NCBI GenBank assembly: GCA_001029675.1
Contig: CP011210.1
Coordinates: forward strand, 948,891 to 1,012,890
Reading direction: 5' to 3'
DNA length: 64,000 bases
DNA from: Candidatus Beckwithbacteria bacterium GW2011_GWC1_49_16
Lineage (GTDB): Bacteria > Patescibacteriota > Microgenomatia > UBA1400 > CG1-02-47-37
Each line of letters opens with the position of its first letter. Positions within the stretch are counted from its first letter, which is position 1. Below, in pieces: positions 44,461 to 54,931 of this stretch. The notes below the pieces were generated by a model. It made no database searches and was not told where the DNA came from. It saw only the letters and a list, made by a program, of their open reading frames with translations. The position numbers and the translations under genes were made by a program.

Positions 44461-45648
44461 ATGGTTCGAAAGCTTCAAAGCCTTAGCTTAAAGCAACTAA
44501 AAAGTTTTCAAAAAGAATTTGAGCGGCAAACTCGAGCCAGGCTGCAACGCCGGGCCAGTTCGCTGGCTTGGTTTGACTCGCTGATTGGGCCGTGGGAGGG
44601 AAAGTTGATGCAAAAAACACCGGTGGCGGTGGTGGAGCTGGGGGGGTCATTTTTGAGGTTGGGGGTGGCAGAAAGCGGCGACGGAAAAACGGTTGGCTGG
44701 CTTAAAAGGCCGCAAAGTCAAAAAGCGGTTAATTACCACCTAAACTCCCAGGATTTTGTCGACTGGCTGGCGGAAAAAACTTTGCCGTTTTTAAAAGCCG
44801 GCCGGGCCAAAAGGGTGGGGTTTATTTTTTCTTACCCCCACCGGCCCAGACTCAACGGCAGGCATATTACCGGAGTGCTTACCAGGCTAACTAAGGCCCT
44901 GGTGATTCCCGATGCTATCGGGGTGAATGTGGGGAAAATGTATCTTACAGCTTTATCCCACCGTGGCTGGCCTTTGAAAAAACTGGTGACTATAAATGAC
45001 ACCGTGGCGGTGGCCTTGAGCGTGCCTGGCGCCTGGATGGGGTTGGTGATGGGAACAGGGGCCAATATTTGCTCTACCCACCCGAAGTTAAAACGCCTAA
45101 GGAACATCGAGGCGGGTAACTTTGACGGCGGGACCCATACTTTGGCCAGCCTAGCCGTTGATTTGCTGGAAAGGCCGGGAGAGCAGACGATGGAAAAACA
45201 AACTACCGGCCGGTATCAATATCGCGTCTTGGCTTTTGCCGCTTTGACGGCGGGAATGAGACCGGAGTTGGCCCGGGCGATCATGGTTGAAGGCGACAAG
45301 GTCGAGTCTGCCTTGGTGGGGAAAATCAGCCGGGGCCAGTTTAATTTATTAAAGTCTGCTTCTTTGACAAAAACAGAAAAACAAGAGCTGAAGATTATGG
45401 CGCAAATAATTCTGGAAAATGCTTGGCAGATGTGGGGGGCGGTGTTGGCGGCAGTGGTAAAAATGAATCCGGAGAGAGTTAAAAACGGGCCGGTAAAAAT
45501 CCCGGTGACGGGCGGGGTGATATTAAATGAGCCGGTCTTTTTTAACGGCCTTAAAGCGACGGTGGGAAAATTATCGGGTAAGAAAATTGAGCTGGTAAAA
45601 ATCGTTGACCCGATCCGCGGGGCAGCGGTAGCGGCGCTCGTGGAGTAA
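44461..45648 (+). CDS. Actin-fold sugar kinase, hexokinase-like (tentative)
   Basis: VAVVELGGSFLRLGV (cf. LDLGGTNFRV), VTINDTVAVALS (cf. LINDTVGTL) and LVMGTGANICS (cf. GTGxNxAY). Confidence 0.35.
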   Translation: MVRKLQSLSLKQLKSFQKEFERQTRARLQRRASSLAWFDSLIGPWEGKLMQKTPVAVVELGGSFLRLGVAESGDGKTVGWLKRPQSQKAVNYHLNSQDFVDWLAEKTLPFLKAGRAKRVGFIFSYPHRPRLNGRHITGVLTRLTKALVIPDAIGVNVGKMYLTALSHRGWPLKKLVTINDTVAVALSVPGAWMGLVMGTGANICSTHPKLKRLRNIEAGNFDGGTHTLASLAVDLLERPGEQTMEKQTTGRYQYRVLAFAALTAGMRPELARAIMVEGDKVESALVGKISRGQFNLLKSASLTKTEKQELKIMAQIILENAWQMWGAVLAAVVKMNPERVKNGPVKIPVTGGVILNEPVFFNGLKATVGKLSGKKIELVKIVDPIRGAAVAALVE

Positions 45649-45659
45649 AATAGAAGTTT

Positions 45660-47954
45660 ATGTTGAATCTGTGGCTGGCGAAACAAGCCAAAAAATATGG
45701 CGACAAAGAAGCGATAGTTTTTGATGATTTTGACAGCGGGAAAAAATGGCGGGTGTCTTACCGGCAACTTAATAGCCTCACGGCTAACCTGGCGGTTTAT
45801 TTGCGTCATTTGGGGCTTGCGCCCGGACAAAGGTTGGCGTTTGCTTTTGAAAACAGCTTAGAAGTAATCCTAATTAATTTGGCTGCCTGGCGGGCGGGAT
45901 TGGTAACGGTGCCTTTGGACATCACCCGGGACACGCCGGAAAGAAAAGCTTACAAATTAAAGTTTACCGAAACAGAAGTTTTGTTTACTAGAAAAGATGA
46001 AAAAAGCGTCCAAGAAAATCGCTGGCTAAAGAGCCGGCTTAAAAACCTGGAAGTAATTGAACTGGCAGACTTTAGTGAATTGAAAGCCAGGCTAGTCAAG
46101 TCCGACAGCAGCCCAGATTTTCAAACCGACCCCGATAGAGATGCTTTAATTTTGTTTACCTCGGGGACGACCGCTTTGCCCAAAGGCGCCAGGCTGACGT
46201 TAAACAATTTGTGGGCCAACGCCCAGTCAATTGTCGACTGGTTGAGGTTTGGCCAGCGCGACCGGTGGCAGGTGGTCTTACCGCTGCATCACATTAACTC
46301 GACTACTTTTGTCAACACCGCGCTGATGGCCGGCGGGACGGTGGTGTTGCTGCCGCGCTACTCCAAGTCGCGTTTTTGGCAGGCTTTGGCGGAAAATCGG
46401 GTGACGGGGACTTCGATCGTACCGACGATCGCCTACGACATGTTAAGCGAAGAAAAGGCTTTTTTGAAATATAAAAGCAAGCTCAAACAAGTACGGCGGA
46501 TCCAGATCGGCTCGGCGCCGGTCCAGCCGACGGTGGTAGAAGAGTTTATGGCTAAATTCAAAATTCCTTTGATTCAGGGTTATGGCCAGACGGAAACCTC
46601 GCTTCGGAGCACGGGAGTGCCGATGGCTTTGACCGCTTCACAATATAAAAAAATTAGACAGCTTAATTCTTTGGGGACTGAACTAAAACACACCCAGGTG
46701 ACCGTGCTTGACCGGGCGGGCCGAGAGGTTGGCGAGGGCAAGGTGGGTGAGATCGTTGTCCGCGGCCCGGTGGTGATGAAAGGGTATTTGAAAAACCCGG
46801 CCGCCAACAAAGAGGCTTTCCAGTTTGGCTGGTTTCACTCGGGCGACACCGGCTACTGGCGGCGGCTTTTCGGCCGGAAGTTTTTCTTTCTTAAAGGACG
46901 AACCAAAGAAATCATCCACAAAGGCGGAGTCTTGGTCTCGCCTTTGGCAGTGGAAAATGCTCTGCTTAAGGCTTATCCTACCCTAAAACAGGTTTACGCC
47001 GTTGGCTTCCCTGATGCCCGCATGGGTGAAAGAATTGGTCTGGTGGCGGTAGCTAAAAACGAGAAAACATTAGCAAAGATTTTGGCCGACGCCGCTGCCG
47101 GGAAGGTTGCCGGCTTGAGCCGGTACGAAGCGCCGAGTGCGCTAGTTGCCATTGACGAAAGCAACTTGCCCAAGACGTCGACGGGCAAGGTACAACGGAT
47201 CAAGCTTAAAGAAAAATTTGCGGTCAAACTTTTGGAACGATCCAGAACCATAACTGAAAGCGATCAATACCGCTTTAAACTCTTGGGGCCGGAAGAAACT
47301 TCCCTTTTGCGTCAAGCACTGGCTATCAACAACCAGCGCTGGGGCAAAAAGCTTAATAGTAATTTGGCCGAATTTAGAAAGCGGGCAGAAAACGGTTTGC
47401 TTTTGGCAGCTATCGATAAAAAATCCCATCGGGTGGTCGGCAGCGTAGCCGCACTTCAATTAAATAAACAGTTACTTCCCCCCACTTGGAGAAAGGCTAC
47501 CGCCGCCGGCACGCTTAAAAACCACGACTATAAAGGAGATAGTTTAGTCTGCGTCAGTATTTCGGCGGCGCAAACCCGTGACTCGAAACCCGTAACTCGA
47601 AACAGTCTTAAAATCCAAAAGACTAAGTTGACGCCAGCCAAACTCAAAGTCTATTTGACCAGCGATAAAGACAATATAGTCAGGTTCCACCGCAAGCCCA
47701 AAGGCGGATTTGGCCGCGGCGCCAGGCTCATCAAAGTTCTCCCCGGCGGAAGATTAGAAGACCAAGACTCGCTGGGCTACAACATTGTCTTTGAGTATCC
47801 AAAACTCACCCATCGACCCAGAATGAGCCAACAAGCGTCAATCGGAGTTCAACTAATTGAAGCGGCATTGATTTATGCCTATGAGCATAAAATCAAGCAT
47901 GTTTTGGCCTACTCGCGTCCGGCAGAGCTTAGCAAATATTTTAAAAAGGGCTAA
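45660..47954 (+). CDS. ANL-superfamily adenylate-forming enzyme (acyl-/aminoacyl-AMP ligase) with a ~250-aa C-terminal domain of unknown function
   Basis: LILFTSGTTALPKGARLT (the A3 motif) and GYGQTETS (the A5 motif); the residues after ~510 have no motif I recognise. Confidence 0.65.
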   Translation: MLNLWLAKQAKKYGDKEAIVFDDFDSGKKWRVSYRQLNSLTANLAVYLRHLGLAPGQRLAFAFENSLEVILINLAAWRAGLVTVPLDITRDTPERKAYKLKFTETEVLFTRKDEKSVQENRWLKSRLKNLEVIELADFSELKARLVKSDSSPDFQTDPDRDALILFTSGTTALPKGARLTLNNLWANAQSIVDWLRFGQRDRWQVVLPLHHINSTTFVNTALMAGGTVVLLPRYSKSRFWQALAENRVTGTSIVPTIAYDMLSEEKAFLKYKSKLKQVRRIQIGSAPVQPTVVEEFMAKFKIPLIQGYGQTETSLRSTGVPMALTASQYKKIRQLNSLGTELKHTQVTVLDRAGREVGEGKVGEIVVRGPVVMKGYLKNPAANKEAFQFGWFHSGDTGYWRRLFGRKFFFLKGRTKEIIHKGGVLVSPLAVENALLKAYPTLKQVYAVGFPDARMGERIGLVAVAKNEKTLAKILADAAAGKVAGLSRYEAPSALVAIDESNLPKTSTGKVQRIKLKEKFAVKLLERSRTITESDQYRFKLLGPEETSLLRQALAINNQRWGKKLNSNLAEFRKRAENGLLLAAIDKKSHRVVGSVAALQLNKQLLPPTWRKATAAGTLKNHDYKGDSLVCVSISAAQTRDSKPVTRNSLKIQKTKLTPAKLKVYLTSDKDNIVRFHRKPKGGFGRGARLIKVLPGGRLEDQDSLGYNIVFEYPKLTHRPRMSQQASIGVQLIEAALIYAYEHKIKHVLAYSRPAELSKYFKKG

Positions 47955-47963
47955 AATATACTT

Positions 47964-48290
47964 ATGGCACAGATGGTTCTGGCTTATATTACCTGCGAGT
48001 CCGTCAAGCAGGCTAAAGTTATCGGCCGGCATTTACTCAATAAAAAACTTACCGGATGTGTCAATATTTTTCCGACGATGCAGCCGATGTTTCTGTGGCC
48101 ACCGAAATCAGGAAAAATTGACGAAAGCAAAGAAGTTGTGCTTCTGGTCAAAACCTTAAAAAGTCGCTATAAGGCGGTGGAAAAAGAAGTGATCAAAATG
48201 CACACTTTCGATACGCCGTGCGTGCTTGAAATTCCGGTGGGGCGGGTGGCCAAAAAATACTTTGACTGGATCAAAGGCGAGGTTAAATAA
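47964..48290 (+). CDS. cutA: Divalent-cation tolerance protein CutA
   Basis: ~108 aa; the VLAYITCESVKQAKVIG... start is typical of CutA1. Confidence 0.7.
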   Translation: MAQMVLAYITCESVKQAKVIGRHLLNKKLTGCVNIFPTMQPMFLWPPKSGKIDESKEVVLLVKTLKSRYKAVEKEVIKMHTFDTPCVLEIPVGRVAKKYFDWIKGEVK

Positions 48291-49137
48291 GAAATTGGGG
48301 TAGGGCGAAAGAGCTTTGGTGGATTTTGGCGTTGTAGTAATTTAAATCTTTGATTGATCTGGGATAAATGTCTTTTTCTGGGTCAAGTTTTTTAGAGGCA
48401 ATGTTCATCAGGTAAAGTCCGCCAGGAATATATTTGCAGGTGACGGAGTAGTTTTTGGCTAGAGAAAAGGTAGTTTTTAGTTTGCGGTTGATAGATTGGT
48501 AAAATTTTTCACCATAGTAGCCATTTTGGCCGTCGGTTAGAAGAATCCCCTGCTGGTTTAACTTTTTAAAGCAGTCCTTGTAAAATCTGGTTTCAAATAA
48601 GGAGAAAGATATGCCTGGTTTGCCTTTGGCGTCGAAAGCTTCGGTACCGGTGACAAAGATTACATCGTAAAAATTTTCTGGTTGGCTTTTAATAAACTGG
48701 GAGCCTTCGGCGATATGAAGCTTAACTCTTTTATCTTGAAAGGCTTTTTTGGCGACCGGAAAGTGCTGGGAGCAGAGTTTGACTACCGTTTGGTCGATGT
48801 CGACCATGTCGATTGGCTCTACCTCTTGATATTTAATGAGCTCGGCGACAGAATGACCATCGCCACCACCGATGAGTAAGACTCTTTTCTTCTTAAACTT
48901 GCCCACACTCATGGGCACGTGAACGATCATCTCGGGCATGGCAGTTCCCTGATCTTCTGTGCGATAAATCCAGTTGTTTAGGAGTAATGTAGTGCCGAGA
49001 GTTTTAGCTTTGACGATTTTAATGTTTTGAAATTTAGTTTGCTGGCTAGCCAAAATTTTATCGATTTTAAAACTTAAACCAGCACCGTCGGCGTATTCGT
49101 CGTAGAGCCAAGATTTTCCGGATGGGCTGGAGGTCAT
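48283..49137 (-). CDS. speE: Spermidine/spermine synthase family aminopropyltransferase
   Basis: [15 protein letters not shown]...[11 protein letters not shown]...DVIFVTGTE are the SpeE motifs. Confidence 0.7.
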   Translation of the reverse strand: MTSSPSGKSWLYDEYADGAGLSFKIDKILASQQTKFQNIKIVKAKTLGTTLLLNNWIYRTEDQGTAMPEMIVHVPMSVGKFKKKRVLLIGGGDGHSVAELIKYQEVEPIDMVDIDQTVVKLCSQHFPVAKKAFQDKRVKLHIAEGSQFIKSQPENFYDVIFVTGTEAFDAKGKPGISFSLFETRFYKDCFKKLNQQGILLTDGQNGYYGEKFYQSINRKLKTTFSLAKNYSVTCKYIPGGLYLMNIASKKLDPEKDIYPRSIKDLNYYNAKIHQSSFALPQFLI

Positions 49138-50120
49138 ATAAGTTTCTGTTGGTCGGGGGCCTGGGGTGGCTTTTTGCCGAAGTGGGTAAAGGCTTTGGCG
49201 GTGGCCATGCGGCCGCGGCTAGTGCGTTTTAAGAAGCCAATTTGCATGAGATAGGGCTCGATGACTTCTTCGATGGTGTCACGCTCCTCGGCGATGGTGG
49301 CGGCCATGGTTTCCAGACCCACCGGGCCGCCTTCGTGTCTGTCGATGATGGCTTTTAAAAGCCGCCGGTCGTTGGCATCAAGGCCCATGTCGTCGACTTC
49401 AAGAAGTTTAAGGGAGTCCTGGAGCACTTCTTTAGTAATCCCCTTTTGACCTTGGATTTGGGCCATGTCGCGGCAGCGCTTTAAAAGTTTTAAGGCAATC
49501 CGGGGAGTGCCGCGGGAGCGGGAGGCGAGGTTTTTGGCGATCGAGGGCTCAAGCTTAAGCTTAAACTTGGCAGCGGCGTTTAAAATCACCTGGGCCAGGT
49601 CGTCGGGGGTGTAAAAGGTCAGGCGGTGGGTCATGCCGAAGCGGTCGCGCAGCGGGCTGGCAAGCAGGCCAATGCGGGTGGTGGCGCCAATCAGGGTAAA
49701 CTTGGGTAGGTCTAGCTTTAGGGTTTTGGCCGACGGCCCTTGGCCCAAGACGATGTCGAGCTGGTAATCCTCCATGGCCGGATAGAGGGTTTCTTCGACC
49801 ACTTTGCCTAGGCGATGGATCTCATCAATGAAAAAGATGTCGTCGTCTTTTAAATTGGTTAAGATGGCGGCTAAGTCGCCGGCTCGCTCTATGGCCGGGC
49901 CGGAAGAGCTCCTAATGTTGACCCGTAACTCTCTGGCAATCAAATGAGCCAAGGTGGTTTTGCCTAAGCCCGGGGGACCGTAAAGGAGGATGTGTTCGAC
50001 GGCCTCGCGGCGCTTTTTGGCGGCTGACAGGGCCACTTTGAGGGAACGCTTGATTTTGCCCTGGCCGACAAAGTCGTCCCAGCTTTCAGGGCGGGCCAGG
50101 TATGATTTAGCTTGGCTCAT
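49134..50120 (-). CDS. ruvB: Holliday junction helicase RuvB
   Basis: Walker [12 protein letters not shown] and a typical RuvB fold. Confidence 0.9.
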   Translation of the reverse strand: MSQAKSYLARPESWDDFVGQGKIKRSLKVALSAAKKRREAVEHILLYGPPGLGKTTLAHLIARELRVNIRSSSGPAIERAGDLAAILTNLKDDDIFFIDEIHRLGKVVEETLYPAMEDYQLDIVLGQGPSAKTLKLDLPKFTLIGATTRIGLLASPLRDRFGMTHRLTFYTPDDLAQVILNAAAKFKLKLEPSIAKNLASRSRGTPRIALKLLKRCRDMAQIQGQKGITKEVLQDSLKLLEVDDMGLDANDRRLLKAIIDRHEGGPVGLETMAATIAEERDTIEEVIEPYLMQIGFLKRTSRGRMATAKAFTHFGKKPPQAPDQQKLI

Positions 50121-50692
50121 TGTTGGTGACCCAAACTTTTAATGGCCTTGGCGACAAGGGTTTCGACCGAGTCTTTGGGGCTGGCGACTTGTTTTAGGGC
50201 TTCTACGGCTTCGCGTTTGGTAAAGCCTAAACCGATTAAGGCCTCAAGGGCTTCTTGGGATTGGGGCGACTCACCGGTTAAGTCCAAAGCCGTGAGGTCG
50301 CCGAGTTTGGGCTTTAGTTCGATAATGATTTTTTGGGCGTTTTTTCTGCCCAGGCGGGGAACGGAAGTAAAAAAGTCGACGTCTGCTTGGGAGATGGCGG
50401 TTTGGATCCGGTCGACGCCTTTATCCATAAGCTTGACGGCAATCTTGGGGCCGACGCCAGAGATGGCGATCACTAGTTTAAACAATTGAAGCGCTTCGCG
50501 GCTGTCAAAACCGTAAAGATCTAAGGTGTCCTCGCGGACGTGGGTGTAGATAAACAGAGACGCTTGATTAAGCTTAAGCAATGAATTCCGGGTGGTTTGG
50601 GGCACAAAAACCTGGTAGCCAACTCCCCTAACAGATAATAAAATGCTGTCGAGGGTAAAAGTTTCTGGTTTGCCTGTGAGTTTGCCGATCAT
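50117..50692 (-). CDS. ruvA: Holliday junction DNA helicase RuvA
   Basis: MIGKLTGK... start and HhH motifs. Confidence 0.85.
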   Translation of the reverse strand: MIGKLTGKPETFTLDSILLSVRGVGYQVFVPQTTRNSLLKLNQASLFIYTHVREDTLDLYGFDSREALQLFKLVIAISGVGPKIAVKLMDKGVDRIQTAISQADVDFFTSVPRLGRKNAQKIIIELKPKLGDLTALDLTGESPQSQEALEALIGLGFTKREAVEALKQVASPKDSVETLVAKAIKSLGHQQ

Positions 50693-50696
50693 AACT

Positions 50697-51185
50697 TCAT
50701 TTTACCCTACTTTTTAGTTTGTAGGAAAAGGCGTGGGTTAAAGCCACGGCTAAGGCGTCGGCGGTGTCGTCGGGTTTAGGAATGGCTGGCAACTTTAAAA
50801 TAGCTTTGGTCATCTGCTGGACTTGGGCTTTGTCGGCTTGGCCATAACCGGTGACGGCTTGTTTTATTTGTAAAGGGGTGTAGGAAAAACTGGGGATAGC
50901 GGCGAGTTCGGCGGCGACTAAGATGACTCCCCTAGCCTGGGCCACTTTGATGGCGGAGGTTCGGTTTTTGGCAAAAAACAGGTCTTCGACGGCGACGGCG
51001 TCAGGATGGTGACTGGTCAAAAGCTTGGTAAATTGGTCAAAAAGCTGTTTGAGGCGGGTGGGTTCGGCGAGAGTTTTTTTGGTTTCGATCAAACCATACT
51101 CGCCTACTATCTGGTCGCCGGCCTTGTCGTTGACTATGCCCCAACCCAGCCGGGCCGTCCCCGGATCGACGCCTAAAATCTTCAT
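50697..51185 (-). CDS. ruvC: Holliday junction resolvase RuvC
   Basis: MKILGVDPGTARLGWGIV start. Confidence 0.85.
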   Translation of the reverse strand: MKILGVDPGTARLGWGIVNDKAGDQIVGEYGLIETKKTLAEPTRLKQLFDQFTKLLTSHHPDAVAVEDLFFAKNRTSAIKVAQARGVILVAAELAAIPSFSYTPLQIKQAVTGYGQADKAQVQQMTKAILKLPAIPKPDDTADALAVALTHAFSYKLKSRVK

Positions 51186-51216
51186 GGCTCAATTATAGCG
51201 TGATATAATGGGTTAA

Positions 51217-52164
51217 ATGAAGTTTAGGAAGATTTTGCTTCTAGACTACACCGGCAAAGAGCTGGAAAAGACATATTGGGAGAAGATCGCTAGATTGGCA
51301 GATAAGAAGGTTTTTCTTACTTCTAGTTCTAAAAACTTGGGGAAAGAATTGGTTGAAGCAGATGGAGTGTTGTTAAAGTTGGGGGCCAAATTTGGCCAGG
51401 ACTTAATGGATCAGGCGTCTAAGCTTAGGTACATTGGGATGCTGGGAACTGGAGTTGGTGGGGTTGACCTTAAGTATGCAACAAAGAAAAAAATTACTGT
51501 TTGTAATATTGCCGGCTATGCCACCGAGGGGGTGGCAGAATTTACTTTTGGGGCAATCATAGATTTTCTGAGAGAAATTGAGAGGGCCAAACAACAAGCG
51601 CGCCAAGGAGACTATTCCGAAGCGACTTTTGCCGGAACAGAAATTAAGGGCAAAAAGTTTGGAGTCATCGGCTTAGGAAGTATTGGCGCCAGAACGGCCG
51701 AGCTGGCTTTGGGGTTTGGGGCAAAAGTTTTCTACTGGTCAAGAAACAGAAAGAAAAATTACGAAAGAAAAAGAATAAAATACAGGACAATTGCTAACCT
51801 GCTAAAAGAGTCGGATATTATCACTCTTAATTTGGCGCTTAATCCAAAAACTAACGGGTTTTTGGGCCGAACAAGATTGAGCCTAATTAAGAAAGGGGCC
51901 TTACTGGTAAATCCAAGCCCGATGGAATTGATAGGTCTTAAGGCTTTGGTTTCAAGGCTCAAAAAGAAGGCAATTAGCTTTATATTAGACCACTCTGATG
52001 AGATGACTAAGGAACAATTAAGACTGCTTAAGCCTTACAAAAACTGTTTGATTTATCCCCCAATCGCCTACACCACCGAGGAAGCGACAGCTTTAAAAAA
52101 GGATATTTTTGTAGATAACCTGGAAAACTTTCTTAAAGGAAAGCCGAGTAATAAAGTAAATTAA
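51217..52164 (+). CDS. D-isomer-specific 2-hydroxyacid dehydrogenase (NAD-binding)
   Basis: GVIGLGSIGARTAELA Rossmann motif and catalytic R/E/H spacing. Confidence 0.75.
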   Translation: MKFRKILLLDYTGKELEKTYWEKIARLADKKVFLTSSSKNLGKELVEADGVLLKLGAKFGQDLMDQASKLRYIGMLGTGVGGVDLKYATKKKITVCNIAGYATEGVAEFTFGAIIDFLREIERAKQQARQGDYSEATFAGTEIKGKKFGVIGLGSIGARTAELALGFGAKVFYWSRNRKKNYERKRIKYRTIANLLKESDIITLNLALNPKTNGFLGRTRLSLIKKGALLVNPSPMELIGLKALVSRLKKKAISFILDHSDEMTKEQLRLLKPYKNCLIYPPIAYTTEEATALKKDIFVDNLENFLKGKPSNKVN

Positions 52165-52174
52165 AGTTGCCCCT

Positions 52175-52244
52175 AAGGACAGACCTTCCAGCTTCGCTGT
52201 CCCGGCTTGGCCGTTGGCCACGCCTCCTGTTAAGGTCTGGCCTT
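52175..52244. repeat. Degenerate copy of the same repeat family in the valS 5' leader
   Basis: AAGGACAGACCTTcc...cctgttAAGGTCTGGCCTT; it shares cctgttaaggtc with copies a/b and gaccttcc with copy b. Confidence 0.6.
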
Positions 52245-52262
52245 ATTGGCTATAATACTGCC

Positions 52263-54494
52263 ATGGATAAGCGTTACCAGCCGGACCTGTTTGAGGATAA
52301 AATTTATCGAGACTGGGAGAAGTCGGGGACTTTTACCCCCAAGGCTAAAGGCGAGGCCTACTCGATCATCATGCCGCCGCCAAATGCCAACGATCCGCTT
52401 CATATCGGCCACGCCTGTTTTGTCACTTTAGAGGACATCTACGCCAGGTTTGAAAGGATGCGGGGCAAATCGGTTTTGTGGCTGCCGGGGACAGACCATG
52501 CCGGCATCGAAACCCAGTACGTCTTTGAAAAACGCTTGAAAAAAGAGGGTAAGAGCCGATTTGATTTTGACCGGGGAACTCTCTACCGGATGATTTGGGA
52601 TTACGTTGAGGAAAACTCGGGAACGGCGATAAAACAGATGAAAAAATTGGGGGCAAGCGCCGATTGGAGCCGGACCAAGTTTACTTTAGATAAAGACGTG
52701 GTCGCGATGGTGGTGGACACTTTCAAAAAACTCTACGATGACGGCTTGGTGTACCGGGAAGTGCGCTTGGTTAACTACTGTACTTCTTGCGGCACGGCCT
52801 TCTCTAACCTGGAGGTGAAGCACGTCGAAAGAGTAAGTCCCCTTTACTACATGAAGTACGGGCCGTTTACCCTGGCGACCACCAGGCCGGAGACCAAGTT
52901 CGGTGATACGGCCATCGAGGTTCACCCCGACGACAAACGTTACCAAAAATGGATCGGCCAAGAAGTCGAGGTCAAAGGTTTGGCGGGTAAGTTCAAGATG
53001 CGGGTGATTGCCGACAGAAGAGTAGACCGGAAGTTTGGCACCGGGGTGGTCAAGGTGACGCCGGCTCACGACTTTAATGATTTTGACGTTTACCTCAAAC
53101 ACAAGAAAGAGGTGCCGGGGCCAAAGCAGGTCATCGGCTTTGACGGCCGGATGAACCAGCTTGCCGGAAAGTACCAAGGACTAAAGGTGATGGAGGCAAG
53201 AAAAGCGGTGGTGGCCGACTTGACCAAGCGGGGCTTAATGGAAAAGGTGGATGAAACCTACCGGAATACCATCGGCGTCTGTTACCGCTGTGGCACAACG
53301 ATCGAGCCTTTACCCCTGCCCCAGTTTTATATCAAGGTAAAACCCCTAACCCAAAGGGCTTTGCGGGCATTAAAAGAGAAAAAAGTGAAGATCTTTGGCG
53401 CCGGCTACGACAAAATTTTGAACCACTGGCTCAAGAGCCTTGACGACTGGAACGTCAGCCGCCAAATCGTTTGGGGCATTCGCTTGCCTATATGGTATGA
53501 GGCTGATAAAAATCCGGAGGTTGAAGTTAAGTTTTTGAACAAAGACAAAAAACTCATAAGCGACCAGGTGGGCGAGTTGTTGAAAAATTATTCGTTGGCA
53601 GAGATAAAACGGGGCTTGCAAAGCCTGCGGGCGCCGCTCACGGCCAAGTTTACCGTCTCCCCTACCTCGCCGGGAGAAAATTTCCTCCAAGAAACCGATA
53701 CCTTTGACACTTGGTTTTCCAGTTCCCAGTGGCCGTTGGTTACCCTGAAGACAAGCAGATTTAAAGATGACTTTAAACGCTTTTACCCCACTAGCCTCAT
53801 GGAGACGGCTTACGACATTTTGATTTTCTGGGTGATGCGGATGCTTTTTATGGGACTTTACTTAACCGGCAAGGTACCTTTTGAAAAGGTTTATCTTCAC
53901 GGCTTGATCCGCGACGAAAAGGGGCAGAAGATGAGTAAGTCTAAGGGAAACGTGGTCGATCCGGTCGAGGTAATCCAAAAATACGGCGCCGACGCCTTAA
54001 GGATGGCTTTGGTAATTCGGTCAACGGCAGGCCGAGACAAAAACGTCGGCGACGATGATATCAGAGGCATGCGCAACTTGACTAACAAGATCTGGAATGC
54101 GGCCCGGTTTGTGATCGTGTCCAATAATACCCACTCAGAACACTCCCGGAGTGGGGTTGCGCCTGCGGCACACTCCGGGAGTGATAGCGACCTGAAAGAT
54201 GAAAAATTTAAGAAGGAGCTGTCCGGCGTGGTGAAGCAAATCACCGACCAGCTTGAAGCGATGAAGCCGGGGCTGGCGGCGGAAACGGTTTATTTCTACT
54301 TCTGGCACTGGTTTTGCGATGAATGTATTGAGCAGAACAAGCAGGGTAAAATTTCGCCACTAGCTTTGATCAAAGGTTTGCGGGTGTTTTTGAAGCTTTT
54401 ACATCCTTTTGTGCCGTTTGTAACCGAGGCAGTCTGGAGGCAGTTGCCCAAGACCGAGGAAAAATTACTGATTGGCGCCCAATGGCCCGCCTGA
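52263..54494 (+). CDS. valS: Valyl-tRNA synthetase
   Basis: PPPNANDPLHIGHA (HIGH), LPGTDHAGIETQ (the ValS hallmark) and KMSKSKGN. The start is taken at MDKRYQPD; the ORF-track start at 52167 reads through the palindromic repeat. Confidence 0.85.
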   Translation: MDKRYQPDLFEDKIYRDWEKSGTFTPKAKGEAYSIIMPPPNANDPLHIGHACFVTLEDIYARFERMRGKSVLWLPGTDHAGIETQYVFEKRLKKEGKSRFDFDRGTLYRMIWDYVEENSGTAIKQMKKLGASADWSRTKFTLDKDVVAMVVDTFKKLYDDGLVYREVRLVNYCTSCGTAFSNLEVKHVERVSPLYYMKYGPFTLATTRPETKFGDTAIEVHPDDKRYQKWIGQEVEVKGLAGKFKMRVIADRRVDRKFGTGVVKVTPAHDFNDFDVYLKHKKEVPGPKQVIGFDGRMNQLAGKYQGLKVMEARKAVVADLTKRGLMEKVDETYRNTIGVCYRCGTTIEPLPLPQFYIKVKPLTQRALRALKEKKVKIFGAGYDKILNHWLKSLDDWNVSRQIVWGIRLPIWYEADKNPEVEVKFLNKDKKLISDQVGELLKNYSLAEIKRGLQSLRAPLTAKFTVSPTSPGENFLQETDTFDTWFSSSQWPLVTLKTSRFKDDFKRFYPTSLMETAYDILIFWVMRMLFMGLYLTGKVPFEKVYLHGLIRDEKGQKMSKSKGNVVDPVEVIQKYGADALRMALVIRSTAGRDKNVGDDDIRGMRNLTNKIWNAARFVIVSNNTHSEHSRSGVAPAAHSGSDSDLKDEKFKKELSGVVKQITDQLEAMKPGLAAETVYFYFWHWFCDECIEQNKQGKISPLALIKGLRVFLKLLHPFVPFVTEAVWRQLPKTEEKLLIGAQWPA

Positions 54495-54931
54495 ACCCTT
54501 ACGTCAAAGTTTTGGGGGCGAGAATTTATCGGCCGGTAAAACCGCTGCTTGATCCCCTATTTTCCCGAGTAAAACCGGTACATATATTGATTCTGTTGCT
54601 GGTGGTGGGACTCGGGGGAAGTTTTTGGCCTGTCGTGGACGGCAGATTAAACTTGGCGCCGTCGGCTCAAGAAAAAGCGGCGTGGTGGCCGGGGTCAAAA
54701 GAAACCGAAGAATGGGTGAGCCGCCCCGATAGACTGCGAGCAGAAATTTTAAAATGGGAAAAGGTTTTGCAAGACAGGCCCTACGACCAGGGAGTGCTAC
54801 TCCAACTGGCAGTTCTAAATTGGCAGGTGTACGAAGAGCAAAAAGCGCTGGAGTACTTTGCCAGGGCAAAATACCTTGACCCAAATAACGCTGAAGTCCG
54901 AAGGCTGGGAGAATCTATTTTTCTTTTTTAG
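54482..54931 (+). CDS. Membrane-anchored TPR-like protein, hypothetical
   Basis: One TM helix and TPR-like helices at the C-terminus. Confidence 0.3.
   Translation: MARLNPYVKVLGARIYRPVKPLLDPLFSRVKPVHILILLLVVGLGGSFWPVVDGRLNLAPSAQEKAAWWPGSKETEEWVSRPDRLRAEILKWEKVLQDRPYDQGVLLQLAVLNWQVYEEQKALEYFARAKYLDPNNAEVRRLGESIFLF

Noticed and set aside
52167-52262. N-terminal 32-aa extension of valS (MPLRTDLPASLSRLGRWPRLLLRSGLIGYNTA)
   Set aside because: It is encoded by the palindromic repeat. The conserved ValS N-terminus starts at MDKRYQPD (52263). The extension is kept only as a repeat observation.
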